33,578 nucleotides of DNA, from contig NW_003526945.1 in the NCBI RefSeq assembly GCF_000181795.1, positions 1,057,326-1,090,903 on the forward strand. The letters run 5' to 3'. A program made the position numbers and the translations under genes. Numbering within the stretch: position 1 is the stretch's first letter; each line of letters opens with the position of its first letter. Below the pieces are notes generated by a model. The model ran no database searches. It had not been told where the DNA came from and saw only the letters and a list, made by a program, of their open reading frames with translations. Positions 1 to 12,100 of this stretch are shown here, piece by piece. Source of the stretch: Trichinella spiralis. Lineage: Eukaryota.

Positions 1-567
1 GCGCCGCCCCCCGCCCTCCTGCCCGTTAACGGGGACTTCCCTCGGCGGAGTCTCCTAGTCCCGTGCTGGCCAGAGACCGGTTTTAAAGAGATGACCCTGT
101 CCATTTGTGTGGTAATGGACGTTGTTTGAAATCTTGTGCAATGGGATTTCAACACCTATGTGAATTCGTAAGACGTATCTGTCCTAGAGGCAGTTATGCA
201 AATTCGCACAATTGACGTAGTGCCGAGACTCTGTTTCGGTGCCAATCTAGTGGTGATCGTTACTCCCCCAAGAGGAACGGTAAGCGTCGCTATGCGTTTG
301 TGTTATTGTTACGCTGGCTCTGACACTTGGCCAATGATTGACATCAGATTTGCCGTCACACCTTTAACTAGTTCATTTGGCGTTGCACCTTTCATCAGTT
401 TAGGCATAATACATTTGAAGTTAATCTCCCTCGAGAGTTTCCCCTTATAATCATGCTAAATAGTTTAAATTTGGTAACATTTTATACATTAATTTATTCA
501 TTTAGGAACTTAAATGATAAATGAAATATAATGTTCATTCATCTAATAATTGGGCAAATTCAGTTTT

Positions 568-756
568 TGTTTACATTACACTGTTTTAAAGTAGAAAAGT
601 TTATTAGTTTTTCATTTACATTTCATCTTATAAAAGGTTTTAATTATTCATTAATTTTATAGTGGTAATAATATATTTTTAGTATAAAGCAGTTTTTCAC
701 TTTAAAGAATGTAATGTCAAAGTAGATTTCTACTTTAAAACAGTGTAATGTAAACA
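568..756. repeat. Perfect 30-bp inverted repeat (568-597 / 727-756) with a 129-bp spacer
   Basis: tgtttacattacactgttttaaagtagaaa (568-597) is the exact reverse complement of tttctactttaaaacagtgtaatgtaaaca (727-756). Confidence 0.92.
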
Positions 757-1044
757 GTTAAAAGGGATGTAATATGGTAAACATTAAATAGGCATAATTT
801 TATTTATTAATTATTTGTGAATTAGCTATTGTTTGAATATAAATTTTTTACTTATGAAAATGTTAATCGGGGTCTCCTTTAATTAGGCAGTGGCAAAAGT
901 AAACTTGGTATAAATGAATTAAACAATTAGCTTAGACAAGGTGCAACGAGTTTAATCTTTTCATAAATAGGAAGTAATCTTCTATAAATAGAATGTTATT
1001 AATCCGTAACATGTAGGAAAACAATGTATTAAATATGAGATTAA

Positions 1045-1297
1045 TTTTAATATGCTAATTAGAAAGTTTAAAATGCAATGTAAATGCTACACCTGAGTAT
1101 TTTAATTTTTAATTAGGTTAAATAACGTCACTCCTAACAACATATTTTAACCCTGAGAGTTTTTTAATAGATGATTAACATACAATGTAAACACAAAAGT
1201 GGGTCATAATATTTTCTAATTATGTATAATAACGGCACTCGTAACTACATATTTTACCAGGGATTTTTAATAGTTAATTAGAGGGTTTTAATTGCAA
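1045..1297. repeat. Degenerate direct repeat with ~107-110 bp period
   Basis: 1110-1149 and 1217-1256 match at 34/40 positions. 1045-1078 (ttttaatatgctaattagaaagtttaaaatgcaa) resembles 1265-1297 (ttttaatagttaattagagggttttaattgcaa) at about twice the period. Confidence 0.75.
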
Positions 1298-1430
1298 GCA
1301 CAAAACAGCAACTTACAGCTGTCAGTTTTATTTGAAAAGATCAGTACGCATAATACAATATGACAATAATGATGATGTTGTAAATCATACAGTAAGAAAT
1401 GCAAAACATGAGTTGGTATTTGCAAGACAG

Positions 1431-1440
1431 NNNNNNNNNN
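1431..1440. other. Assembly gap (10 N)
   Basis: Run of N. Confidence 1.
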
Positions 1441-4046
1441 AATGCATTTTTGTAATACAGTAGAGTATAAAATCGAAAAATTGTTATTTGCGCAATTGTA
1501 TTGTTTGCAAGCGACATAGAGATAAGAGCTAATTGTAATGAACACAAAGAATTCCACTCATCGTATAATATTGCTTTTTTTCTCTCAATCAATGATTACA
1601 ATACAAGCAAATAATTCTGTCAAATATAATACTAGATCTCAATGAAAATAATTCAAAGTATCTGTAATTAATAAAATACAATATTGTTTCCATAGATGAA
1701 GAAAGAATTATTTAATACATTGCACTTCCCCCAAAGCTCGCCTTTTGTTTCACATAGCTTGTATGCAAATATGTCGAAAAAATGGTATAACTACTAATCA
1801 AGCAGACATTAGTTTTTCATAAATTGTTAATTTATTCTATTTTAACCGTTTGAAATTAATTATTTTTAAAAATACAACATTTAAAGCTCATTTGCATAAG
1901 CGAAATTTCATTATGATGTTCTGGGCGAAAATGCAATCAATCTGCGACATGCTTGGTATCAATGAGATGCTCAATGAATAATTTTGATCATGAATAGCAT
2001 AGAATTCAATAATATGATTGTTTTCCGAGAACCTCAAACGTACAGTCGGCATACGATAAGACATACAGGTGTTGATAAATATTGGCAGCCACAGCTTGAA
2101 AATTCTTTTCTATTGGTCGATTAAATGAGATAATTCAGTGTAGAAATTAACAAGTGGCAGATCTGATACACTTCTTTTCTTGTAGTGTTTGCCGATGTTG
2201 AAGATGCCGCAATATAGAACGACTCATACTGCGAAATCTTGTGCTGTCGAACCACGCATTACCAGCAGAAAATTCATTATAGAGAAGAAATAAGAACGAA
2301 AGTGCAACGTAATATTCTTGTAAAAAAATGATATTCCCTCACTTTATGTAGACTATAGAGAGGCGTTGAATTTACAAAGACGGACAGATGTGGAATACGA
2401 GAAGTTTTTCATGTACATATATTCTAATATATGACATTCTGACAATGTTCTGACGAAGTCTTTTTTCTCCAAAAATTAAGGCAATTGACTTATATATTTT
2501 TTCAGTATTCTTTTCTACAATAAACGTGTCTGGATATTCTGATTGGGTATTTGTTGAGATAAACGCAAAAAACTAAAACTTGAATAGGATTTTGAGAAAG
2601 TCAAAATAAAAAGGAATGATAAAAGAATGTTAGCAAGCTGGGAATATGGTGTGGTTCCATTAATTTTTACAACGGAACCAATTTTTGAACCCAAAAATAT
2701 AAATGTTTTTTTCACAAGAATTATTCTTGACTTTCATTAATGTAGCAGAATCTTTCAAAATTGAAAACCTTTGTTAGCTGAATTTTTTCACTGATTGCAA
2801 TTCAGATATAAGAACTGTCTAAAATTCTCAGATTTGAAAGCTATTTTCGTGCAATTTGCCAGTCTTTTGTTCTAAAAATTCCAAGTGCTCAAACCGGGAA
2901 CTTTATCAAATTTCTCAAAAAATGAGCGAATTCGGCTTATTCAAAATTTACATACCTTTAATTTTCACAGAATTTCTTGCTCTTAACATAAAATTATTTT
3001 ACAATACTGCGTAGTTTCTGACCTCCTCGGAATAATTTCCACTGTACTTAATGGTGGATTCTTCTAATGTTTCGAACAAATACCGAGCATGAGCTGAATA
3101 ATTTGACATGAATTGTGAATTTATTTAATTTCATAGCATTTGTAATGAATTTCAACTCTGGGCGACTACACGATATGCTAATTATGCAAATCGCTATTGT
3201 ATCGTTGCAAGTTAGCGAAAGTAAATTCAAATAGTCGCACTTGTGGAATATATCAGAAGCTTGATCAATGACAAAGATGGTAAAAGGGATTGGATGCAAT
3301 GAAATGTTTACTTTTTAGCAAAGTAAACACTTACAACTCTTTCGTTTTGATTCACAGCAATTAATGATTGTTTAAAAGCAGTAATTTCAGAAATTTAATT
3401 GAATTGATAGTAAAAAAATATACATTAGAGGAAATCTAACAGATTCGATGCCCAAAGTGTATGATGAGCAGAAATTGGCAGCCTCTGCTTCCGTTGAAAA
3501 ACAGTTACTAATGGGCGACTTCCTTATGTATTAAAATGGGCAGAACTTCAACTTTAGAACCCTTTTATTCACAAACTACTGCGTAATTTGAGGTCAAACT
3601 CTCCAAAACACCATCTTTTTTCAATGAAAAGTTATAAAAATAAAAAAGTCCTAAATTTTAAAAATCCTTTTTCGACGATTTTCGCAAAAACAACATAGTC
3701 TAACATTATTATTTCCAATGCTGTACTATGCTTTTTGAAGAACATTGTAATAATAATCTAAGTGATTATGAAATATATTGGGGATAATGTAGTACTGCGA
3801 CAGTTTGCTTTCCATTCAGGCGAGTGAGAAGCCTTTTCCAGCTTTACGGAAGTCTCAAGTTCCTGAATTGATCGATAATTATTCGATTTTCCAAAATGTC
3901 ATTTGTTGTCAGGATAATAACTTTAAACGCCCACGTATTCGGTGATCGAAAATTGACGCAAAGCAGAATGAGCATTAGCGGCAATAGTCGCCATTACAGC
4001 TGAATCAGCATAACATCCGCACGGTAGTAAATATTCAACAGCGACA

Positions 4047-6665
4047 ATGTTAAATTGGGTTGTTTTTATTTTTGCACTAAACTATCACTATGCCCTTACG
4101 ATGTCGGTAAAATCGAGCATTTATGAAATTACCCAATTGAATATGCCCGGAGTGAGACCTGATCATGTGAGTTCTCGTTTAAAAATTTGCATTAACATAA
4201 ATATCAGCTTTGAAATATGTTCATTTATTTAAATGAGAATAATTTTTAAAAGTAACTGAATGTAAAAAAGATAACATGCGCAGCATAATATTTTGAATTC
4301 GTCTGCTTTTCAGTTTAATGAACATACCAGTATTTTTCCATTTCAAAAGTGCCATTTTTTCGTATAATATACTTGAAAGTGTTTAGGAATAAAGAATAAA
4401 ACACCGAAGCAGCTGAGAAACTAATCCAAAAAAATGTTTATGTACATTTAAATCCTTTTGAAAGAACAGTGAAATAAAGCATAGCAAAAGGAAAAACATG
4501 CAAGGCTTTTGTCCAATTTTGTACGTAAACTTCGCGAAAGTATTGAAATAAAATTTCGACGATTTAAAACGTTGTAGACATGGAATCGATTTTTTGCACA
4601 TCATGCAATTGATCGCAATGATTTAGGGTATTTTTTCTAAAATTAATAAAAATATCAAGAAATTCATTTAAAGCTTAATAAATAAACACACGTTTCTAGT
4701 AATGCAATCAATAAAAAGTCAATGTCTAAATTGTCAGCTGTACTAAAGTATGTACAAGAAAATTAAAAACGTGACTTTGTTTCTTTTCAAATGGCATTTT
4801 TTGAACTGACAAATATGATAAATTACAGCAGAGAGTGGAAGTTGTTATTGCACTTTTTAATGATGAATTGCGTCAACAATACGCAGTTGAATGAATATAG
4901 ATTTGACTTTTAGAACGAGCAGTATCTTTGCAAAGCTATAAAGCTGGATCGCACAAACGTCCATTATATCAGTAAAAAAATATATCACTATCAAAGATGA
5001 ATAATTACACTAATGCCAAGGGTTCATTATGTTACAGCGAAATTTCAACCGCAAATTTCCATGAGTAGAGCACATCACATGCTGCTGTTTGGTTGTGATT
5101 TTCCTGGATCGGATGATGACGTTTGGTTAGGAAAATTCACCTACTATAGGCAGTATAATAAAATCATCAATGTTCGATAATATTTTAGGGACTGCGGAGA
5201 AATGACAAGCCAAAGCGATACGGCTAGTTCTTCTCTGCCTGTATGCGATCCGTCAGGAAAAACCAGCATCATTTACGGTTGGGCTAGGGATGCTCCGGCT
5301 TTAACGCTGCCTGTCGGTATAAAAATTTGCACTTCATCCATCTTCTATTTATTCAATAGCTATTTCTTTGTCAGGGACTGGATTCAAGGTTGCCGGAAAT
5401 ACTGAAGTCCAGTACTTGGTTTTGCAAGTTCATTACATGCATCCTTTACAAGGTGACGTTACATTGTAAAATTGTTTCAAAATAAAAGTGAATATTTTAG
5501 AAGCTGATTATTCTGGAGTAACGTTGACATCCACGACAACACCGTTAGAATAGCATCATCATCATCAAGTTGACAGTGGGATAATTTTTTAATTAATTGC
5601 GTAATGCTTTTTAGGATGCCAAATTTAGCCGGTGTCCTGTTAATAGCAACTGATGGCATGATCAAAGCCAACAGTAAAGGTATTTATTTATTTGATCCAC
5701 TGAGAGAAGTGAAAATGCGTCGTTCGTCGTATCTATTTACCGGTTATTATGTTTAAGAAAATTTTGAAGCAGCATGCTTAATTGATGAAGATGTGGAAAT
5801 TCATCCGTTTGCATTCAGAGTGCATGCTCATGATCGAGGTATTTCCTTAATATCACTGATTACAAATGCGATTGAGCTTCAACGTATACTTCGCGAATCA
5901 ATATATTTTTCAACATTCATAAGGCATGCAAGTACTATACTGAACAATTAGCACTTGGTGTCGCTGAAATTTAAACCGATTGCTGAAAATACTGTTAAAG
6001 TAGATTAAAAATGAGGAAGGTCATTTTAAATAACGGTAATTTATGCACTTTCAGAGAAGATGAATTGCTTTTCGTTCGTTGATTATTTTTTATTGACCGC
6101 TGCTGTTTTGAACAGGGATCGTTGTTTCTGGATTCAAAGTACATGGAAATAGATGGGATTTGATTGGGAAAAAAAGTCCAAAAGAACCACAGGTAATATG
6201 GATTTTTGTGGTAGATTATATATACATTTTTTTTCATTTTTACATAATTATATTTCCAGATGTTCTATCCGGTAAACAATACTGACATGGTTATTCGAAA
6301 AAACGATATAGTGGTAAATGAACAGAATTTTCACCGCTCACTGTAATGCAACGTGACAGTAAATATTGCTAAAATATATTTTAATTAGGCTGCACGTTGT
6401 ACAATGGAAAATACCGAAGATCGAGATATTAAGATTGGGTAAAAGTGGTGCTTTGAGGAAACTTAAATCAATATGATTACGATTATTATTTATTAGTGCC
6501 ACTGGTGACGATGAAATGTGCAACTTTTACATTATGTATTTTGTTCGAAATGGCAGTAGTATTTTGAAAGACAACACTTGCACATCGGCAGGTCCGCCAA
6601 ATTATTACTGGGGTAGAGATGGTGGCTTGAAAAATATTCCCGAAAAGTTTTCCAGCAGTCTGTGA
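4047..6665 (+). CDS. PHM: Peptidylglycine alpha-hydroxylating monooxygenase (monofunctional PHM; C. elegans pghm-1-like), ~336 aa, 12 exons: 4047-4166, 4914-4971, 5038-5125, 5189-5316, 5375-5452, 5501-5543, 5615-5679, 5758-5838, 6116-6192, 6260-6313, 6389-6438, 6497-6665
   Basis: Manual splicing at GT-AG sites gives a continuous 1011-nt frame. It has a hydrophobic N-terminus (MLNWVVFIFALNYHYALT) and the PHM motifs LNMPGVRP, RAHHMLLFGC, IIYGWARDAP, GFKVAG..YLVLQVHY, IHPFAFRVHAH, W.LIGKKSPKEPQMFYPV, AARCTM and DEMCNFYIMY. Stop TGA at 6663-6665; AATAAA at 6798-6803. Confidence 0.95.
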
Positions 6666-7484
6666 CAGTTTCACAGCAAAATTTGTGCGCTCACACGCCG
6701 AAGAGATGGTTGTGGTGGTGTATTCGTTTATTCAGTTCTTATTGAACAATTAATTTATTAAATTCAATATTATGATATGAACTGTTGTGCACAGTGAAAT
6801 AAATTTCTGCCCAATTAAATCACATCAAATCAGTCTTCTTGATCTTATTGAATTGAAACTTCTCGTTTTTTTTGATAAATTTTACCCATTTTTCTCAATT
6901 TATTATTAAGCAAAAGTAGAAAACAAAAAAAATGTGAGCAAAAATTTTATTTTAACAAATAAAACTAACAACGTCGTCGTTCGTCTGTGCAACAGAGTGA
7001 AAGAATTATTGTATTAGGTGGCGTTTCACCGGAGTTTATCTGGTAAACAAGCCGAGCAAAAATAGAAAACAGTCAAAAGGCGCTAGTTTCAATTAGCAAA
7101 TACGGCATACTTATTAATATTTAGCAAATATGGCGTAACAACAGTCAGAACAGGGCAAAAATAGCAAAAACTGAAAAAAAAACAACATATGGTCGGCGGA
7201 CAGCACGTTTCCATATGACAGGATGCAAAAAAAAGAGATGAAATTGCAGTGGCTACGTGGCACCGAGACCGGTCATTATTAAAACAAATGTTCCTCCTAT
7301 TCCAAGTGCTGCACTCGGCATTAAAAACGTATAACTAAGATGAAATGGCAACCGTTTCAAATGTCATAAAAGCAGATGTCGCATTAAAAAAAAAACCAAC
7401 ACACAACATACTGGTGGTGGTATATTAAAAATAATAAGTAATGACTTTCATCGCCATCATCAATTATTCATGCATTCACAACGC

Positions 7485-8507
7485 TTACTGCATTTTACCA
7501 GAATGAGAAGGCCGCTGTCCCTGAAGACGCTGCAGTTCCATTTCACACTGACGTAGACGTCGATTTTCGGTCTCGAGTCGTTCCACTTGCCTTTCCAAAT
7601 GAGCAATGCGATTCTTGAGCTCGTCCACTTCTTCACGGACTGCATATTGGAGGTGGGTTTTGACCAAATTCATTGCCTGCTCAATTTTGCTATCAATGGC
7701 AATGGGCTGCCGCGGTCGGCTATGAGGTGAGTTTCGTTCGACTGGTGTAGTGGGCACTGGGCAGCTCGCTTTCCGTCCAGCAGTTGGCGAAGTTGCGACA
7801 GTGTTCTGCGTGGCCGACGACATCGCGAAGCCAGAGTTCGAGGTAGCACATCCAGGAGAAGACAACACTTCCGGCACTGATGATCGACGCGTCACCGGCT
7901 TTTCGTTGAATGCTATATCCTGTTGTCGATGTTGGGCAACAACAACAACATCTTCTTCTTCTTCTTCTTCTTGCGTTTCATCCAGTGCGTCATTATCTCG
8001 CAATGTTGAAACTGCTGAGATGGTAAATTTTCGACTTGGCTCACCGACAACTTGCACGCCAAATTCTTCAGCAGGCTTTTTCAACGTTGTTGTCTCCACA
8101 ACCGGCGTCACTGTGAACCTGCTACTAGGCACCTCAACGTCCGGCTTCGCAGGCTTTTCCTTCTCTTCAGGCAAAATCACAGGGCAAACGGTGAACTTCC
8201 TGCCGGATCCATTCACGACGGTACAATTCAATTCCGAAGCGGACTTGGTCGTGTCCACTTCAACAACCGGCGACGGCTTATCCTCGCTTTCTTTGCAAAA
8301 CCAACGTCCACGACGGTACGGATCATCCAACACTTTGACAATATGGAACCGAGACATTTTCCTGATGCCGTTCGAACAGCACTTTTCCACCCTCTTGGCC
8401 GTTGGATTCTCTGGAAGTACAACTCGTGATTCGACGGCGGTAATTTTGAAACAATTTCTCGGTCCAGTGGCGCATTTCTCCGTTCCAACAACCGACTGTT
8501 GTTCCAT
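7485..8507 (-). CDS. TSC22D: TSC22/DIP/bunched family leucine-zipper protein (long-isoform type, C. elegans tsct-1-like), 340 aa in one coding exon; possible 4-aa N-terminal extension via a mini-exon at 9084-9089
   Basis: C-terminal TSC-box plus leucine zipper [52 protein letters not shown]-terminal long-isoform motifs FKITAV and [21 protein letters not shown] splice acceptor (ttctAG) lies at 8515-8514, six nt before the ATG. Confidence 0.93.
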   Translation of the reverse strand: MEQQSVVGTEKCATGPRNCFKITAVESRVVLPENPTAKRVEKCCSNGIRKMSRFHIVKVLDDPYRRGRWFCKESEDKPSPVVEVDTTKSASELNCTVVNGSGRKFTVCPVILPEEKEKPAKPDVEVPSSRFTVTPVVETTTLKKPAEEFGVQVVGEPSRKFTISAVSTLRDNDALDETQEEEEEEDVVVVAQHRQQDIAFNEKPVTRRSSVPEVLSSPGCATSNSGFAMSSATQNTVATSPTAGRKASCPVPTTPVERNSPHSRPRQPIAIDSKIEQAMNLVKTHLQYAVREEVDELKNRIAHLERQVERLETENRRLRQCEMELQRLQGQRPSHSGKMQ

Positions 8508-8602
8508 TGAGCTCTAGAATTTGAAGCGAAAATATGCTGCAGCTGAACAACAAAAATACACGACAATTTGCACTACAAGTGTCTACTAGAACGTAATCTG
8601 TT

Positions 8603-8663
8603 CACACACAGACACACACAGACACACACACACACTTTTGACGTATATATATATATATATATA
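8603..8663. repeat. Compound microsatellite: interrupted (CA)n followed by (TA)n
   Basis: cacacacagacacacagacacacacacacac...tatatatatatatatatat. Confidence 0.85.
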
Positions 8664-9129
8664 TTGTATGTGTAAACTGCCAAAAGGGAGTAGATGCAAA
8701 ACAAGCAAGAGCAATAGCAATAATAAAATTTCAAAGAAAAAAACCACAACAAAATGAATAAGTTTTGTAACCTTCGAAACGCAGCGGATGGAAACGGTGA
8801 ACGTGCTCGCACGGCAACAATCCCACTGACTGAGAGATTATTGCCTAACCGAGAGTGGAATTAGCTCCGAATAACCTGAAATGGTCGAAACAGCCAATGA
8901 AAATGCTCGGCTTTTTTTATTTCGAGCAAATAATAAAGTTTGATCAACAAAACAAACAAGTCAACAATCAAAGTTTCACAAAATTTACATTGGAAATATT
9001 GACGCAGGAATTCACACTGAACTAACTGAAATGGAAAATAAATACAAATTTTATCCCATTCAGAAAAGAATGCAAAAACTTACTTCCATTCCCAAGTAGA
9101 CTGAACCAACGTAACCGATTCAACTTACA

Positions 9130-9159
9130 ATTATTATTATTATTATTATTATTATTATT
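9130..9159. repeat. (ATT)n microsatellite
   Basis: About 10 tandem ATT units. Confidence 0.9.
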
Positions 9160-12100
9160 GCATGTACTTTAAAAATAATTCACACTATACAATTTAGTGG
9201 AACTTTGGATGGAAAAGAAATACATTTGAACATATATACAAATAAAAATACGTTCAAATGTTCAAATAAATTATTGATTTAGAAACAGATTTGACTAAGC
9301 TATGAAAAAAAACAATAAGGACATTTCATAAAAGTCCATTTATATATAAATATTGCCAAGCAAAACTTGTACATATATAAAATATTTCATATTATTGTCA
9401 TGAAAGTTGAAAAAAAATACATATATATTCTACGGAATCACCAAAAAAATTGTATAAATTAAAATCAACTTTTTTCAATGCAACATAAGTTTCAATGTAC
9501 ATTAATCGTCAATGGAAAGAAAGAAAAAAAACTACATATGCTACAATTGAAATGAATTGAATTGAAAATTATGAATAATTCATGCCAGTTTTGCATTGTT
9601 TTGTCTGAATAAATTTTTCTTTTTTTTTGAAAAAAAATCTCATTTCAATAATTAATAGCAGTTGTTAATCAAATCAGAATCGATGAACAATTTACAAAAT
9701 TGGACATTTTCCAACGAATCTGCCAAAAGATCGCAAAATGAACACTGCACATGCAGCTGTTCAGCTGAACTGTTGCAAACAATTATTACGCGTACATAAA
9801 TATCAAAAATAGGCATTCATGCGCAAAATCAGTAGCGATCAATCAACTTCATCTGCTCGTGTGTGCTGGGAATTTCTGTTTTAATTTTTTCATTTTTGAA
9901 AATTTACATTTTTATGCCCTCAACGATAAAAATGTGACAACGTAATGTTTTGCAAATTTGAATTGAAATAGAAATTCATTTTTCGGTCATTAGATACAGA
10001 AACTTTTGATCAAATTTGCACACACACACACACATGCACCTAATGAACTAAACAAAGCATTGCAAAATGAATAATACTGTTGATGTTCTAGTTTTATATT
10101 TAAAAATAATAATTAAAAAAACAACCTAATTTTTTCTTTTTCATACCAGTTTCCCATATCTAGTTAAGCATGCATTGATTTTCATATATATATATATATA
10201 TGTTCCTTTTTTCCACATTTTCCACACAATTAATTTTCATTCATCTCCATGCATTAACAATTGAAAATTTAAAGAAAAACAACAACAACAACAACAACAC
10301 AATTGCCATTATTATCATAAATTCAACTTGATTTTCATTTCTGGTAACGTACAGATGTAAAACAAATATTTTTGCAATTCACTCTGCACTTTTCCAGCAT
10401 GTTTTTCTTTTTAAATTTTTAATCATTCTTCATTTCCAAAAGATAACAAAAACAAAAATATTATTTATTGTTCATGCACATAACGTTTCCAATGCTGACT
10501 GTGTATACTTGTGCATGTTCGAAATGTGCATCTCTGCCATGCTATTTTCAAAAACAGAAAAACAAAACAAACAAGAAACCACAAAAATCATTAAAATATT
10601 GTGCAACAAGTGCAACAAAACAAACCTTTTCCATTCAAAGTATTTCAAACGTAAAGTTAAATATTTCAGCTAATTTTGAACATGGTGAAAAAAATTTTTG
10701 AAAAATAATCTACTATCCTGTTTATGACCTTGACTGAAATTCTTCTCATTCTCAACAAAATGCTCCTTGGATAAAAAATATTTAAAAAAAACAAGCTTCT
10801 CACTCGCTTCTTTACAAACAAACAAGTACTATGATGAAAAATGAAATGTTCAGTTAAAATAAAATAAAATAATATACTTACAAAATAAAAGTATTGTTCA
10901 TGCATATTACAACATGATAAGACGCAGCCAAGTGTAACGCTAATTACCGCAGTCGGGCATTCTCTATTCGAGCAAGAAGAAAAGCTAAAATACGATTTCA
11001 TTTGAATACCAAATAAATAAATAAATAATAAATAAACACTCTCATCCATATAATAATATCTGTGAAAAATTAGTATTTGTCATTTTTTTTAAATAATGAT
11101 AAATTTTCCCTATTTATTTGCACATTTGTTAAAAATAGCACAAAGGTCTATTTTCCATTGCATTCTACATCACTTAATCCCAAATACATACATACAAAAT
11201 AATGTTCGTTTATCTCAAGCAGAATACAAAATACAATATCACTGTCGACTGGAAAATAAATAATTTATAAGAATCAACAGTGCACATGTTCTGTAAAACA
11301 TGTTTTCACTTGAATGAAATAAATCAAAAAATTTCATGACAAACAAGCAACTGACAGTTTATGCCGAATATTTTTCAATATTCAATAAAAATTCAAATAA
11401 CAATCTACAATAAAAATCTTTCAAACAAAGTAAATAACGACCAACGACAACATTTCCAATGAAAATCACGTAACACGTAACAAAATGATTTTCAGAGAAA
11501 AACCTTTTGAAATAATAAGCTGGAACAGAAAATAAGAGAAACATAAAAAAAAACTTATTTCATCACCGATCCATCAACAATTTAATATTGTTCACTAATT
11601 TTAAGCTATTCAAAATTGTGAAACATTCGTAGAATAAATTTTTCTAAAAAAACGAAAAAATAGGTCGATCAAATTGGCAATATTTCTTTGGTGGATTGCA
11701 CGAAATGCAACTACATTTATTTTTTCGAACAAAAAAACTAATTCACATTTAATGTTTTCAAGAATTTTTGTAAAAAAATGTTTTTTACGACAGAAAAAAT
11801 TCCTCATACGCATTTGTACTTGCAAATCACTTTACAGAACACTGAATACCGAAAGAAAAAACACTAACTGAAAGTCACAAAAAAGCTGTTATATTGATTC
11901 TTGCAAACGAGCTCCTTTCATTCCAGCTCATCTCGTCAAAGCACAACCAATGCAGTGTGACCGAGAATTATTATTAAACTCTGGCAATTATTTCCTGGCG
12001 CGTGATTGGTTTGTGCTAAATTGACACCATTTGTACGAAAAATTTGACAACAAATGCTACATGTCAAAGAATATATGCAAAAGAAGATCTCTTAAGATTA

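Noticed and set aside
196..450. 84-aa ORF
   Set aside because: No recognisable domain or splice structure; the opposite-strand frame is interrupted by stops.
1147..1291. TTAA-CCCT ... AGGG-TT-TTAA resembling piggyBac ends
   Set aside because: The right end is not AGGG-TTAA, there is no terminal inverted repeat beyond 4 nt, and the local degenerate repeat explains it.
7750..8517. 255-aa + strand ORF, and other overlapping ORFs at 8052-8429, 8228-8566, 8323-8553 and 7460-7645
   Set aside because: Antisense or alternate-frame shadows of the TSC22 coding exon; no recognisable motifs.
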